Shown in pieces: positions 63,461-64,000 of a stretch of DNA of 64,000 bases; within the stretch, counting starts at the first letter, position 1; every line of letters begins with the position of its first letter. The position numbers and the translations under genes are program-made. The DNA comes from Eledone cirrhosa (taxonomy: Eukaryota), in the NCBI GenBank assembly GCA_964016885.1, contig OZ024746.1, forward strand, positions 19,716,001 to 19,780,000, in the 5' to 3' direction. The notes beneath the pieces are model-generated. The model was not told where the DNA came from. It saw nothing but the letters and a program-made list of their open reading frames with translations, and made no database searches.

Positions 63461-64000
63461 GCTACAAAAAATTACAAACAAATTAGATACAGAAGGAAGA
63501 GCCCTTGTTTAAAGTATTACGGTGCATGTCTGTTTGTCTTTTCTGGATTAATGTTTCAAATAACATACTCTAACAACTCAATTTAAGAAGCTATATTGCC
63601 AAAATATTGACATCAACAGCTTACATAATAAACAAGAGACAAGTTTCTGTAACAACATTACTCTACAAAATACAGATAAGTTACAACCCATTCAAACTCA
63701 GAGCTATGTTATCAGCAGTATGAAAGACATCGTTTGTCTTGTGACGTCTAATGCTATACCCTCTCTCTCTAACGGGAGCTTTAGTACTTTGCTATCAACT
63801 TATGGTATAAACTTCCAGAAACTGTATTTGAAGTCAATGAAACAATAAACTTTCAAAAGTCAAGTGCGCAGATATCTTTTGAGCTTAAATGTCGAACAAG
63901 GTTATAATTCATGAATACACATAATGAAAAATACCCACCTTCAAACAATAAAAATTACCACACTTCAAAGACAAGACAACCGTGGTTATCTGCAGGGAAG

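Overview
AT-rich animal non-coding DNA, very dense in microsatellites ((TA)n, (CA)n, (GA)n, (GAT)n) and retroposons. The repeat content resembles an octopus/cephalopod genome (inference). I found no host protein-coding exon; almost all ORFs in the track are translations of simple repeats. Recognisable content: (1) three tRNA-SINE-type families: a young Nin/Deu-domain-like family with long TSDs, a CORE-like family, and a Meta-like family with a (GAT)n tail; (2) decayed RTE and CR1-group LINE fragments; (3) Tc1/mariner, piggyBac-like, hAT-like and Harbinger-like DNA-transposon relics/MITEs; (4) a 5'-inverted Penelope-like element (PLE, RT + C-terminal GIY-YIG) at 28.25-29.89 kb and a 1.26-kb inverted dimer of the same family at 37.0-38.3 kb; (5) several minisatellites. 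The most interesting signal is a population of minimal hammerhead ribozyme (HHR) motifs from several unrelated element families. These include two U3-A8 core covariants, a highly structured 313-bp direct-repeat-bounded unit with an HHR core (retrozyme-like), and a recurrent class of fold-back palindromes centred on the hairpin that precedes GAAA (HHR helix II). All structures were read by eye and no folding or database search was run; coordinates are approximate to a few bases.
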